Part shown: piece after piece, positions 52,808-64,000 of the stretch | Layout: every line of letters begins with the position of its first letter | How positions within the stretch are numbered: the stretch's first letter is position 1 | Assembly: GCA_965153285.1 (NCBI GenBank) | Contig: OZ229110.1 | Origin: Podarcis tiliguerta | Taxonomy: Eukaryota | Length of the DNA stretch: 64,000 nucleotides | Reading direction: 5' to 3' (one strand) | Notes under the pieces: model-generated | Database searches by the model: none | Seen by the model: the letters and a program-made list of their open reading frames with translations, nothing else | What the model was told of the DNA's origin: nothing | Program-made: the position numbers and the translations under genes

Positions 52808-53226
52808 TTCTCATATGGCAAAGAGCCAAACCAGAAAAAGGCTTCCTGTTCCAAAACCCAATATGTCTGAGACCATATCATATTATATATCTAACAGGAC
52901 ACTCTTGAGAGACCCCAGCCAACTATCTGTTCCAACTGTCTTCCACAATTCTACTTGTGAAGTGAAACTTAACTACCTCAAATTATGTTGCATGCTAATT
53001 AGTGTTTAGAATTCTGCATGCTTTTAGAATTTGGTATTTATAAACAACAACAACAACAACAGAAAAAAGGCAACTTTGAAAAAAATGAATAACAGACAGT
53101 CTTTCATGCACAATCAAAATCACTTTATATCAAACAAGGGCATACATTATTTTATGGTTCAACGCCTTTACATGTGCAGCACTATTAAATGCTGTAGTCC
53201 TGAAAAAAGGAAAGCATATTAAACGC

Positions 53227-53300
53227 TTCCTGCTTGCAGGGGGTTGGACTATGTGACCCTTGGGGCCTCTTCCAACTCTACAATTTGATTCTGTTCTATT
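53227..53300 (+). mobile_element. CR1 LINE 3' end
   Basis: gggttggactatgtgacccttggggcctcttccaactctac plus an attct-type tail. Confidence 0.7.
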
Positions 53301-54924
53301 CCTCCATCTTAAGTTCAGAAACTTCTTTTCTTATTGCAATATATTTGCTGCTAAAGTGTATCTTTTCCTTCAAAACTAGAATACTGATATACATACAGTC
53401 ATTTCTATCTAAAACGTTACAGCACAGAAATTCAGCTACCAGCCTTCATGATTATAAATAGGCTGCCAATCCAGGCAGCAGTAGCAGCTGTCTCCCACCA
53501 CTTCACTTTTCACGCTTTCTCTGATTTCTTACATGATAGAGATTTCTGTATGTATTTTTTCCTTGTGTTATAAAAGATATGATATCCACAACAGGCACAA
53601 TTACATTTGTTTTTATGATTATTCAAATCAAATTCCATACCAATCTGCCACTCTTTGTGTTGTTTGTGTACACACAGATTTACAGGCCTGCAAAATTGCA
53701 TCATGAGTTATGAATTAAGCAGTCTGCATTATAATTCAGCACTCACACACAGCCAACCACGAAACTCGCCTTTCTAAAGGCACCTGAGCAACTGTTCCTT
53801 TTCTATCATGTGAAAAGCATTTAAACCATAAACACCAGGATTTTCTTTTAAAATTCATGTTCTTTATTTAACAGTAGCACAAACCAATGAGGTGAACTGA
53901 TTTGCGTAAGAATTTGCAAACAGTAAAATGAAGCCAAGTGTGAACGTTTGTCATTTTATATTTTCATCACTAAAAGACTATGATTAAGCATTGGTTCTTG
54001 CAGCCCTGTGTATGTTGAAATGCAATAAACACCACCTACCATAATTAGCATTCAAAGAATATCCATTTTAAAGAATTATTCCTGTCTTTTTTCGTAGTTT
54101 CAGCGTATAATTCATTCCATGAAAATGCTTAATAAGTAAAGTGGCTCATATTTTATTTTCTTGTTTGCTGCATATTAAATGTCATTACTCGGCCTGTTCT
54201 AGAATTTCACTTCCTGTAATGGTTGCTTCCCCTCATTCCCCCCCCCCCCCATTTTCTGGCCATAGCAAACCTAGTGTAGTAACAAATCTAACAAAGTATT
54301 GTATATGTGTCAGTTTTTAATGACAACTTTCATCATGGAAGGATTTTAAATTCTCAGTAAGTTTCATTCAATAGACTCCAATATTATCCTTACTGAAAAT
54401 TACTTACGTAGCAAATATAATTTTCCAGGAGTTTATTTTAGTGAGTGGGACCACAGTTTAATACAAATGATGGCAAATACACATACGGATATGCTTCAAT
54501 TCGTTAGTGTTTATTTTATCTCAACTAAGAAAATGAGGATGTCAAGATGAGACTATGAACAGGTTTTGCAAGTTTGATTTTTAATGTCTCATTTCTGAAA
54601 GTGCAACTGAGATTTATTTTTTTAAAACAAAATGAAAGTTATACTCAAAACTGCATCTGCCATTTAAAGGCACCATCTCATCACAAGCTACTAGAAACAT
54701 TCATCCAAACAGGTAAGTTTTACATTGCTACCACAGGATAATCTGAACTTTTGTGGAAAAAACCACTGTTATAAAATAAAACGTACAAGGCCACCAGGTT
54801 CTGAGAAGCTTACAGTTCCAAATGTATTCAAATCTCAAGTGCTGCGCAATCGCTGTCCAAAAATAGTGAAAGAAACCTGCATGTGCAATAGCAGATCCAA
54901 AAACAATTTGTAACACGTCAATTA

Positions 54925-55140
54925 ACTCTGGAGGGGGTAAGGAACCCAGTGGCTGGATTACAGCCAATGTTTTACCTATATTCAAGGAAGAGAATAAACT
55001 CTATCCAGGTAACTACAGGCTCTGTTAGATTTAACTTAAGTGTCAGATGAAGTCTTAGAACAAAAAGTTATATAAGAAAATAGCAAAGACAATGCAAAGC
55101 AGCATGGGCTCACTAAAGATAGATCATGCCAAATTAATCA
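54925..55140 (+). mobile_element. Degenerate CR1 ORF2 fragment
   Basis: Decayed ANV-PIFK...PGNYR...QHG...SC..N motifs with frameshifts. Confidence 0.7.
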
Positions 55141-55252
55141 TGTACAGTTCTGGGTTGGCACTGGACCAGTCAATTATTGAAAGCAGAAACTTTTTAGAAC
55201 AGTAACAAAGGCTCAAACTCCATGTTACTTTAAACAAGACATATCTGAACTA

Positions 55253-55761
55253 CCGTATTTTTCGCACCATAGGACGCACCGGACAATAGGACGCACTTTG
55301 TTTTAGAGGGGGGAGAACAATAAAAAAAATTTCTCCCCCTCTCTGCCCAGCGCCCCTTCAGCGAAGCGGCAGGAGGCGCTGCACAGAGAGGGGGAGAACT
55401 TTCCCCCTCTTGTTTTCCCGCTCTAAAACAAGGTGCCGTTTAAGGTGCGTTCAGGCGGCTACCTTGGAAGCCTGGAGAGCGAGAGGGGTCGGTGTGCACC
55501 GACCCCTCTCACTCTCCAGGCTTCAGGTTCCTTTCAACCTGCTGTTTGGGGCTGGCGGGGGGAAGCCCACCACCAGCCCCAAAGAGCAGGTCAGGGAGCA
55601 GCGGAAAGGCGCAGCGGAGAGGCTCCTGCCATAGCCGCACGTCACCTCTCCAGCCGGGAGAGGGTCGCGGGGCTATGGCTTCTTTGCTCCATAGGACGCA
55701 CACACATTTCCCCTTCATTTTTGAAGGGGAAAAAGTGCGTCCTATAGAGCGAAAAATACGG
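55253..55761. mobile_element. Tc1/mariner superfamily (Tc2/pogo-like) MITE, 509 bp
   Basis: TIRs CCGTATTTTTCGC(A/T)C(C/T)ATAGGACGCAC; TA target duplication; CpG-rich. Confidence 0.88.
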
Positions 55762-57429
55762 TACATACTTGGGATTTTCTTGTCGTTTTCTTCATAAAAA
55801 TCTCTCTCACTGAAAAAAAATCACACATTGCCCTTCACCCTATCTTCTTACAGAACAAGAAAGGCAGGCCTATGGTGTGGAGCTTTTGCAATGATTGTTG
55901 AGAATTTATGTGAAGCACTCAAAGCCCATAAAATATGCTGCAAATAGATTCTAGATGGTATTCACTCTAATTTAGAAAGTTTGCTGTTTTAGCAAAATAA
56001 TTATCTCGCTCCTTTGACCCAGGAGCGTGGACCTTCTGCCCCACCAGACCTCCCTGCTTGGCCCACCAGGTCATTTTGGCTAAGCCAAGCCCATCTGCCC
56101 CACATCAGACAGCTGGTGTGGGGCAGGCAGGTAAAGGAGCTGCAGGCAGTGCTATATTTACCAGCATTTTCCAAGCAACCAAGAACAAACTGGTTGTCAG
56201 GTGCTTGGGAGCCACTGCGTAAAGCACTTCACCAGCCCTATACTCAGTCTTTGGGAAGTCTTTGCATAAGGGACCTTGACAGGCATTGATCACCAGGTGT
56301 CACTAGGATGTCAGATGATTTTGTCCCACCCCATCTATCAAGGTTGGATCACAGTGCTGGAGAGATTAAAAAAACTGGCCTGCCAAGCCAAAAAGGTTAC
56401 CCATCCTAGCTTTAGTCTGTGCTGTAAACTTTGCAATATCTGTGTTACTTATTGTGTATTGCAGGCCTTTGAAACCCTGTTGTCAAAATAGAGTGTATAT
56501 AATTTTTAAAATTGTTATCCTCTATTGCTAGTGAGGCCCTGAGGTTGAGACCTTAGTAATCTGTGGCTGAGGAGCAAGTGAACTGGGAACTTCCCAGCTG
56601 ACACTTTTAGCCACTTGGTGCAATATGTGTGGCTTTCCCTTTTCTTGCTAAAGTTTCTAAAACCCATCAGGAGGCATTGGAAAATCCATGCCATCTTATG
56701 TGAAGCTTAAAAACTCATTTCTGTGGCATTCCTCCAAAGAATTTGGAATTCAGATGCAGATCATCATGACAAATCAATGATAATTTTAATACCAACTACT
56801 ACTACACAAACTTGAGACTTTTCAGTGGTTTCTCAGTCAGGCTACCAAGCAGGACCACACCCACCTAAGTACATCAACACTTCAACACTGTGTGGTGTTC
56901 TTAGGCAATTCATGGGATTCAACAACTCAACTCCCAACATGCTCCATCTTGGAATCCCTGACTTCCTGCCTAGCATCGTTCCAAGTAACCACACCTATGA
57001 TACATACTTGAAAGAAATATATCTACCTCTATTTCTACTAATAAGAAAAATCTTTGGCCCCTTGAGCTTAAGTTATTTTACTTTAATTTGTTTTGACAGC
57101 AATTTTACAATAATGGCCTCAGGAGAAAGGCAGCCACATGAGTAATAGGTATACCAAATTACTTAATAGTCATAGATAAATGGAGACAAAGTACTACTTG
57201 AACTGCCGTAAGAAAGTTTTCAGACAATCTGGTATATAACATTTCTGGATGAAATTTGCTCACAAAGACCAATGTGCTTTTATGAAGAATTAGTACCTGA
57301 ATTTGCATATTTTCTCTTCCCTCATAACTTTTTCCTTTTGGACTGTGTCTATCATATTGCAAAGTGATTGTGCTTTTAAAATCATTACAAACATTAGACA
57401 CTTTTAAATATAAAGAACATCCTATATGC

Positions 57430-57581
57430 CAGGGTAGGGAACCTCTTCTGGCTGGTGGGTCAGTTCCTTATCTTCCCAACTGTGATGGCCCACATTTGAC
57501 AGATGGGCATGATTTGAGGGAAACTGTATTGTGGGCCAAACTAGTAAGTCTTGCACATGGGCTGGATGTTCCTCATCCCTG
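57430..57581. mobile_element. Short hAT-like MITE
   Basis: CAGGGTAGGGAAC / gttcctcatccctg ends; degenerate 8-bp TSD ctatatgc/ctgtatac. Confidence 0.55.
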
Positions 57582-60147
57582 CTGTATACTAATGGAAAAC
57601 TTATTCAGCAAATGTAGATAGAACCCAAAGCTAGCTTTAATCAGCCATGAAATGCAAAGGTTTTGAAAGCACATTCTGACATGCCCCTTGTCAGTGTCAC
57701 CAGCTTGCAAAAACTGAAACCAATCCTACAAAGAAGAGCTAGGTGGAACGTTGGAAATCTCACTCTTTGGAGCAGAAGCAGTGGGATACAGCTTTTTCAG
57801 TAAATGAATGAACGCAAAAACACATTCCAAACAAAGTCGGTTTAGTGAGTCAAAAAATCCGAAGTGCCTAATGAAAGCAACTGCAAGCACTTGCAATTTT
57901 CTTTTTACCAGTTTTGTCAAAGAAATGTGACTTCCAACACTGTATCTTTTCTGCACATATATGATGCAAATTATTGGGTGGTGTTGCCTCTCATTCAAAA
58001 TCAACCAACAGTGTTATGACCCCTTTGGCCCACTTTATGTCACAATGCATTTGTTGAAAGTGCCTCTTTGGTTTTTGTTTTCTGGAACAGACTAACACAA
58101 CTCGCATCCTCTAAGAAGAATGGATAAAACAGTATTTGCAACTTATTTCACACTTACAAAGAAGTTCAGTATTAGATATATATTTTAATTGACTTAAAGT
58201 TAATATAGGCACAAGTAGATATAAATACTGCCAAACCATTTCCCAGGCCTGGAATAGCAGTCACGCATCACAAACGACCAAACAGGGCCATTTGAAAACA
58301 AACAAAACCTTGACCCACTTTCATAAGTCAGCAGCAGCTTTCCCCTTTTGTTGAAGTATGAATATTTAAATCAAAATGATGACTTCAGAAAATCCAGTCT
58401 GCATATTATATTGCTCATGTACTGCTGATCTGGAAAGATTGCACTGCCATACAACAGCCCTGACATTAATGTTTCACTTAGGAGTCTCGGAGGACAGTAT
58501 ACTAATAATGTAACCTACTCTCAGTCTACAAATGGGGAGACAGGAGTTATGTTGGTAAAAAAGCAAGAATGACAGATTGTAGCAAGAATGTCATCAATTG
58601 TGTCTCTCCACCCTGCACAAATAAAGAGAGAGAAGCAACATCTTTCCACTTGATCATAGGGAAAAGTTGACACGGGAGAAGGTAGTCCCTAGGTGGTCAA
58701 GCAATTTTCTTTCAACTGACAATATTCAAGAAACTAAACAGAAAATAACGAACCAGAGTATAACATGCTTGAAACATTTTTTATTGATTAAGTTTCTGTT
58801 TGTATATGGCACTCTGTTGTCCTATTAAGAACATGCCACACCTCACACCAGCTATTATCAGGTCATGAAACCACCATTTTCTAAGTCTTCAGCACTGAGA
58901 CCCTTCTGTATGCAGAATTCCCACAGCCTAGTGCTATGAAATAGTTTACCTAAATTTACCGATTATAAAATGTCTCCTGGAAGTATAGAACAAAGCAAAG
59001 CAGCAATGGCACCAAAATTTGGAATCGAGCCATTACACTCAAATGCTTCCTGAAGGTCAGGCCTGGTTCTCAATCGACTACTTCCTTGGCTGCATCTGAA
59101 CCTGGTCAGTGCTCAAATGAGTTCCACTACTGCTAGGCAGCTGATAAATGAGTTCCTAATCCATCATCACCCAATGTGTTAAGCAGAGAGGCATTGGGAA
59201 CTATTTCCTGAGTTCCCAAGCAGAATGGATCATTTGAGCACACTCAGAAGGATCCAGGAATGCCTATGCCTTAAAAAAATGAGGCTTCTTTAGCTACAGA
59301 AGCCATCACAGCAACTCTATTACCCCTCTTCGCTAAGGTAGGTTGTGGGATAGAGGGCTGGCTAGATGCTAAGTTTCTCAAAGTTTTATTTTGCAGTTGT
59401 TATGGAAAGTGCTTAGAAAGCGTCCCAGCATGTTTCAAGGTGGTTCAGAAAATCAAAATTGATTATGAAGTGCCCAGCCATCACTAAATCTGCTAGAACA
59501 ATGTCTTCACACCAGCTCTGGACCGTGTCTGCCTTACTGTTGGATTCCTTGGCCTTCCTCTGATGGAACCATCCTCCCAGTTACTACAAGGCTGAGCTAT
59601 ACAGCCTCCTTGATTGAACTGTAGTGTAGTTTGGTCATGTCCTTCATCTCTAAAGTCAGCATTATGAAGAACTACTCCAGGAACAGTGACAGACTCCCTG
59701 CTGCTGCAATTGCCCTTCTCCGCCTCTCTTCGCCAATGCTGCTACTATAAGTTGCCCTCTCCCATGGGAGCAGGGACAAAGCTGAATGTGCAACTTGAGA
59801 TGCTGACACACACTCACTCTCCCCTTCCTTTCTACCCCTTTTCTAGCCTTAAAATAGCTAAAAGCTCTAAATCTAAAAAGCATCCACACATGCTGCCATC
59901 GCAGTGCTTGTTCTGTGCTGAACAGGGTGGCTATGTGTGGGTGCTCTATTTCTGCTGCCACTTCCCAGCAGGTCTTAATGAGTCAGTATCAGGCAATTAT
60001 AGTAGCAACTGGACCAGCTGAAAAAGTCAGGAGCAGAACTCTAAGCAGTAAACTGAAAGTGGTCACAGGTAATAATGGCAAGTGCCAAATTACAATACTG
60101 TCTAAAATACAGAGGTAAAGTCCCAGACTGGAAAACTAACTATGGAA

Positions 60148-60503
60148 AAAGGTAACGGTAAAGGGACCCCTGACCATTAGGTCCAGTCATGACCGACTCT
60201 GGGGTTGCAGCGCTCATCTCGCTTTATTGGCCGAGGGAGCTGGCGTACAGCTTCCAGGTCATGTGGCCAGGATGACTAAGCTGCTTCTGACGAACCAGAG
60301 CAGCACACGGAAACGCTGTTTACCTTCCCGCCGAAGCGGTACCTATTTATCTACTTGCAATTTGATGGGCTTTCGAATTGCTAGTTGGCAGGCACAGGGA
60401 CCAAGCAATGGGAGCTCACCCCGTCGCGGGGATTCGAACCGCTGACCTTCTGATCTGCAAGTCCTAGGCTCTGTGGTTTAACCCACAGCGCCACCCGCGT
60501 CCC
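60148..60503 (-). mobile_element. Full-length Sauria SINE
   Basis: tRNA-derived head with A box TGGCGCTGTGG and B box GGTTCGAATCC; ACCTTT-type tail; 10-bp TSD aacta(t/c)ggaa. Confidence 0.92.
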
Positions 60504-61691
60504 AACTACGGAATAGATGGGCCCAAATAATGAACTACTTGTTCAAATCCATTTCCCACAAATACTTTAGTCAAAAGACAGGTTTTAAAAATGTAATTCC
60601 TTCCTAAAAACACAGTTCAAAAAGAGAGCCTTGACTTGTGGCTCAGTCAACAAGTCCATGTATATAACATGTTCCCATGCAGAGACAAATTCTGTCCATT
60701 TGTTACGTCAATAACTGCTCCGCAGAGAACAATGAAAGTTCTGCCAAATATACTTTCTTTTGCAGCAATCTACTCGAAATTCAATTTAATCCTAAAGGGA
60801 AAAAACAGCTTTTACAAAACGTTATGTTCCTATGAACTCAAGAGCAGCATTAGCTAGGATGTTCAGGTCAGGTTTTCTTCAGAAGAATTCACTATGAGCT
60901 CCCATGAAGAGCTTGATTACTAACATTTTATGCAAGTCAATGGATCGCTTTGAGATTATTTCATTTTCAGAAAGAGATTCTTTTAATAGACACACACATT
61001 CTCTTCCAACATACTATAATTTGATGAAATGAGTCCTCAATATGTTCTTGCTGTAATGTTCTGCTCAGAGAAGCCAAATTAAGCACCAAAAGGTTGAGAT
61101 GATGTTTGAAACACTTGACCAGTTAGAGTTTTTGACCAGATAGAGTTTTCGAAAACTAAAATTGTAATATTTACTCCTCATTGAAAATAGTTCACCCCCT
61201 TCTTGCACACATGAGATCATGGCCAGAAAGTAAGTGCTTTCTGCATAGTGCTACAGTTCATTCATTACTTCTCTTGAAGTATATGGTAGAAAAATCTAAT
61301 AAAAATGATAATACTCCTTTAAACTGCAAATAGAAGCTGTAAGGAGAAATTTATTTTTCACTTGCCAAATGTCATACAGGTCACTGATTCGTGTAAACGA
61401 ATTCTGTATAGATCTACACTCATAGTGTCGCCAGAATAAATATGTCAAGTTAACTTCTATGTAGTTTATTTCAAATATCAGCCATGCTATTATATTATGC
61501 TAAAGAAAAGGTGTGATTCACTGTACCAATTCTTAATACACCAGAAGCTGAAAGAAGTTCCTTTGGCTTGTCTTAGCCCATCAATTTATATATATAACGT
61601 CACTTCTTTCAAGACTTAAATACATGCAATCTCAATAATTTCAATGAATTTATGTTGCTTACATATGTTTGGGGCCCAATGTACAAAACCT

Positions 61692-61812
61692 TTGTTGTTT
61701 AGTCATTTAGTCGTGTCCGACTCTTCGTGACCCCATGGACCAGAGCACGCCAGGCACTCCTGTCTTCCACTGCCTCCCGCAGTTTGGGCAAACTCATGTT
61801 TGTAGCTTCGAG
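61692..61812 (-). mobile_element. BovB/RTE LINE 3' end, 5'-truncated, 121 bp
   Basis: catggggtcacgaagagtcggacacgact plus a CAA tail; perfect 11-bp TSD gtacaaaacct. Confidence 0.88.
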
Positions 61813-62792
61813 GTACAAAACCTATTTAGGAACTATTATCTTATTTTAAAAATCCTAATGTCGCAAGAAAAAATATAGAGCTTTTTTTGTAGATACAAAA
61901 AAATAGATGTAGATACTTTAGGTCAACTGAACTGCACTAATTATGTTTACAGATGCTGAAGAAAAGCCTTCAAAATGTAATATTCTGGCCCAGCACAGTG
62001 AATTTCAGAAAGTAGCACTCTAAAGGGGAAATGGAGATAATGATTTCCCAAATGATCTTGACAACATAGCATCTTGGTCTGTCTGCATCCAGACAATCAT
62101 GGAGATTAAGTCACCCAGTGCAGGAAAGGGTTTCTATCAAAGATAAATAGAACATGACCTCTATTGCCCCCATTTCCCAAAACTGATGTAACCAAAGGAT
62201 AGTGCAGGGCCACTTCCCTTAAGCCAGGGTAGGAAATCTTTTTTCTGTCAAAGGCTGAATTTCCTCAGAGATAATATACTGAGTGGCCAGGAGTCCACAG
62301 TAGTAGGGTCCAAAGTGGGCAGGCACACACACTCTGCCAAGAAACAACAATACAAAACAACTTCCCCAAGCAAAGTGATCCTTGTTTCTTCACGCACCCC
62401 CACCTCACAACTTCCACCAGCTTAATAGGAATCTGCCTATGGCCACACATGGTCACCTGACATTGGTCAGGAAGATTAATAGGTAAACAGGATAATGTGT
62501 CCATGCATACAATGATGTGCAGGTGTGATCTGTTGATATGAGCACATACTTGAGAGTATTCATCTATGAATGTGTGGCTCTGTGTGAATTCAGCATACAT
62601 ATGTATCTTGGCTAATGGCAGAAGGAGCAAAACTTTAATTCCTCCCTTTGTCCTCAACCTTCTACCTATCCCACATGCCTTTGCTTGTGGGCTTTTGAAA
62701 ATAGGTCCCACAGATCAACTGCAGGTTGCATAGAATGTGATGGCAGATAAGGATGGAAATTCTCCTGCTTTCAAACCATTCTTATATATATT

Positions 62793-63285
62793 CTAGCGGC
62801 AGCTAGATGATGACTGGGGGTGGCCGCCGAGACCATATAACACCGGCCTTGAATGTTGGCTCCCAGTACGTTTCTGAGCACAATTCAAAGTGTTGGGGCT
62901 AACCTTTAAAGCCCTAAACAGCCTTGGCCCAGTATAACTGAAGGAGCGTCTCCATCCCCATTGTTCAGCCCGGACACTGAGGTCCAGCTCCAAGGGCCTT
63001 CTGGCGGTTCCCTCCCTGCGAGAAGTGAGGTTACAGGGAACCAGGCAGAGGGCCTTCTCAGTAGTGGCACCTGCCCTGTGGAACACCCTCCTATCAGATG
63101 TCAAGGAAATAAACTACTATCCGACTTTTAGAAGACATCTGAAGGCAGTCCTGTTTAGGGAAGTTTTTAATGTTTGAAGTTTTATTCTGTTTTTAATGTT
63201 CTGTTGTAAGCTGCCCAGAGTGGCTGGGAAAACCCAGCCAGATGGACGGGGTAGAAATAATAATAATTATTAAATTATTATTATT
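62793..63285 (+). mobile_element. L2-clade LINE 3' fragment
   Basis: Decayed WLPVRF.AQFKVL.LTFKALNSLGP motif; (AAT)n tail. Confidence 0.82.
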
Positions 63286-64000
63286 CTTTCCATCCACCCC
63301 AATTTGCAAGTCCCAATTTCATAAGATCAAATCCAATTCTGAACAATATTATTCAAACCTGAAATAAGTTTGGGTACTTGCCACTTTCATATAGGGGACA
63401 AAGGACAATTTTGTAGAAAAATAATGGATTCCCCCCCTAAAAAGGGGAGGGGGGGAAGCTTGAGACAAATAGAAGCTGCAATCTTGGAAAACTTCCCCGT
63501 TTCATCACTATATTGTAAATTTATGTAGTGATGTATTCTTTCCCCCTCAATGTCTATATTTAGATTAAACAATCATAGGTATTCACTGACAGTTTAGAGA
63601 AGGTAAAGCTGTTTAACTTTATTTGTGTCAACAAACTTTGTGGGGAACTTTGCAAGTTGTTGTTTTTTTAAGTCACTAAGTTATTTTTGTGCATAATTAT
63701 ATGCCACTAGTATATATCTCTGCACTGCCAGTGGCACTGATTAGCCACTGGATCCAAACATCTCTGTCCTAGAACCAGAGGGCTCAACATCAGTCATTTG
63801 GGAACCATCCCAATCCCCTAATAACAGGAATAGGCAGGATCTAGCTGCACTTAGGAAGTGGGAGGGGCATGTATGCTCATTTGCCTAGATCAGGGTCTGT
63901 CAGAGCCAGAAAGGGGTGGAGCTTCCAGCTCATAATTAAACTAAGCGGTTTCACAGCTGGAACAACCATTCCCTCCAAGCTCAGTATTCCTGACTGTGGA

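Noticed and set aside
60410-60503. tRNA-like A/B boxes
   Set aside because: This is the SINE head, not a tRNA gene
31851-64000. Search for the N-terminal PHF21A exons (MELQTLQ..., NADLKKQ...) or a second gene
   Set aside because: Not found by eye; the region appears to be one large intron, and its ORFs are short, repeat-derived or unrecognisable
1-64000. CRISPR arrays, operons or other prokaryotic systems
   Set aside because: The sequence is vertebrate intron-exon DNA with no repeat-spacer arrays

Overview
Vertebrate genomic DNA from a squamate reptile, most likely a lacertid lizard (Sauria SINE, BovB, Squam-type SINEs and a Penelope remnant). The window holds the 3' part of PHF21A (BHC80, the H3K4me0-reading PHD subunit of the LSD1/CoREST complex) on the minus strand. 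I mapped 13 canonical coding exons between 31850 and the stop at 5207 (621 aa; about 51 N-terminal aa lie beyond the window behind an intron of more than 32 kb), plus the 23-nt ANEEHWPK microexon, which is mutually exclusive with the AT-hook exon. A roughly 4.4-4.8 kb 3' UTR follows. The most interesting signal is a set of additional microexon candidates with good splice signals that are absent from the human protein as I recall it: an in-frame 33-nt exon just before the PHD finger, an in-frame 6-nt exon at the start of the coiled coil, a 10/5/3-nt candidate before the AT-hook switch, and two possible poison exons. Introns also carry a palindromic Penelope remnant with two mutated hammerhead ribozyme cores, MITEs, SINEs, LINE fragments and local hairpins. 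There are three assembly gaps. All family and gene identifications are by recall, with no database search.
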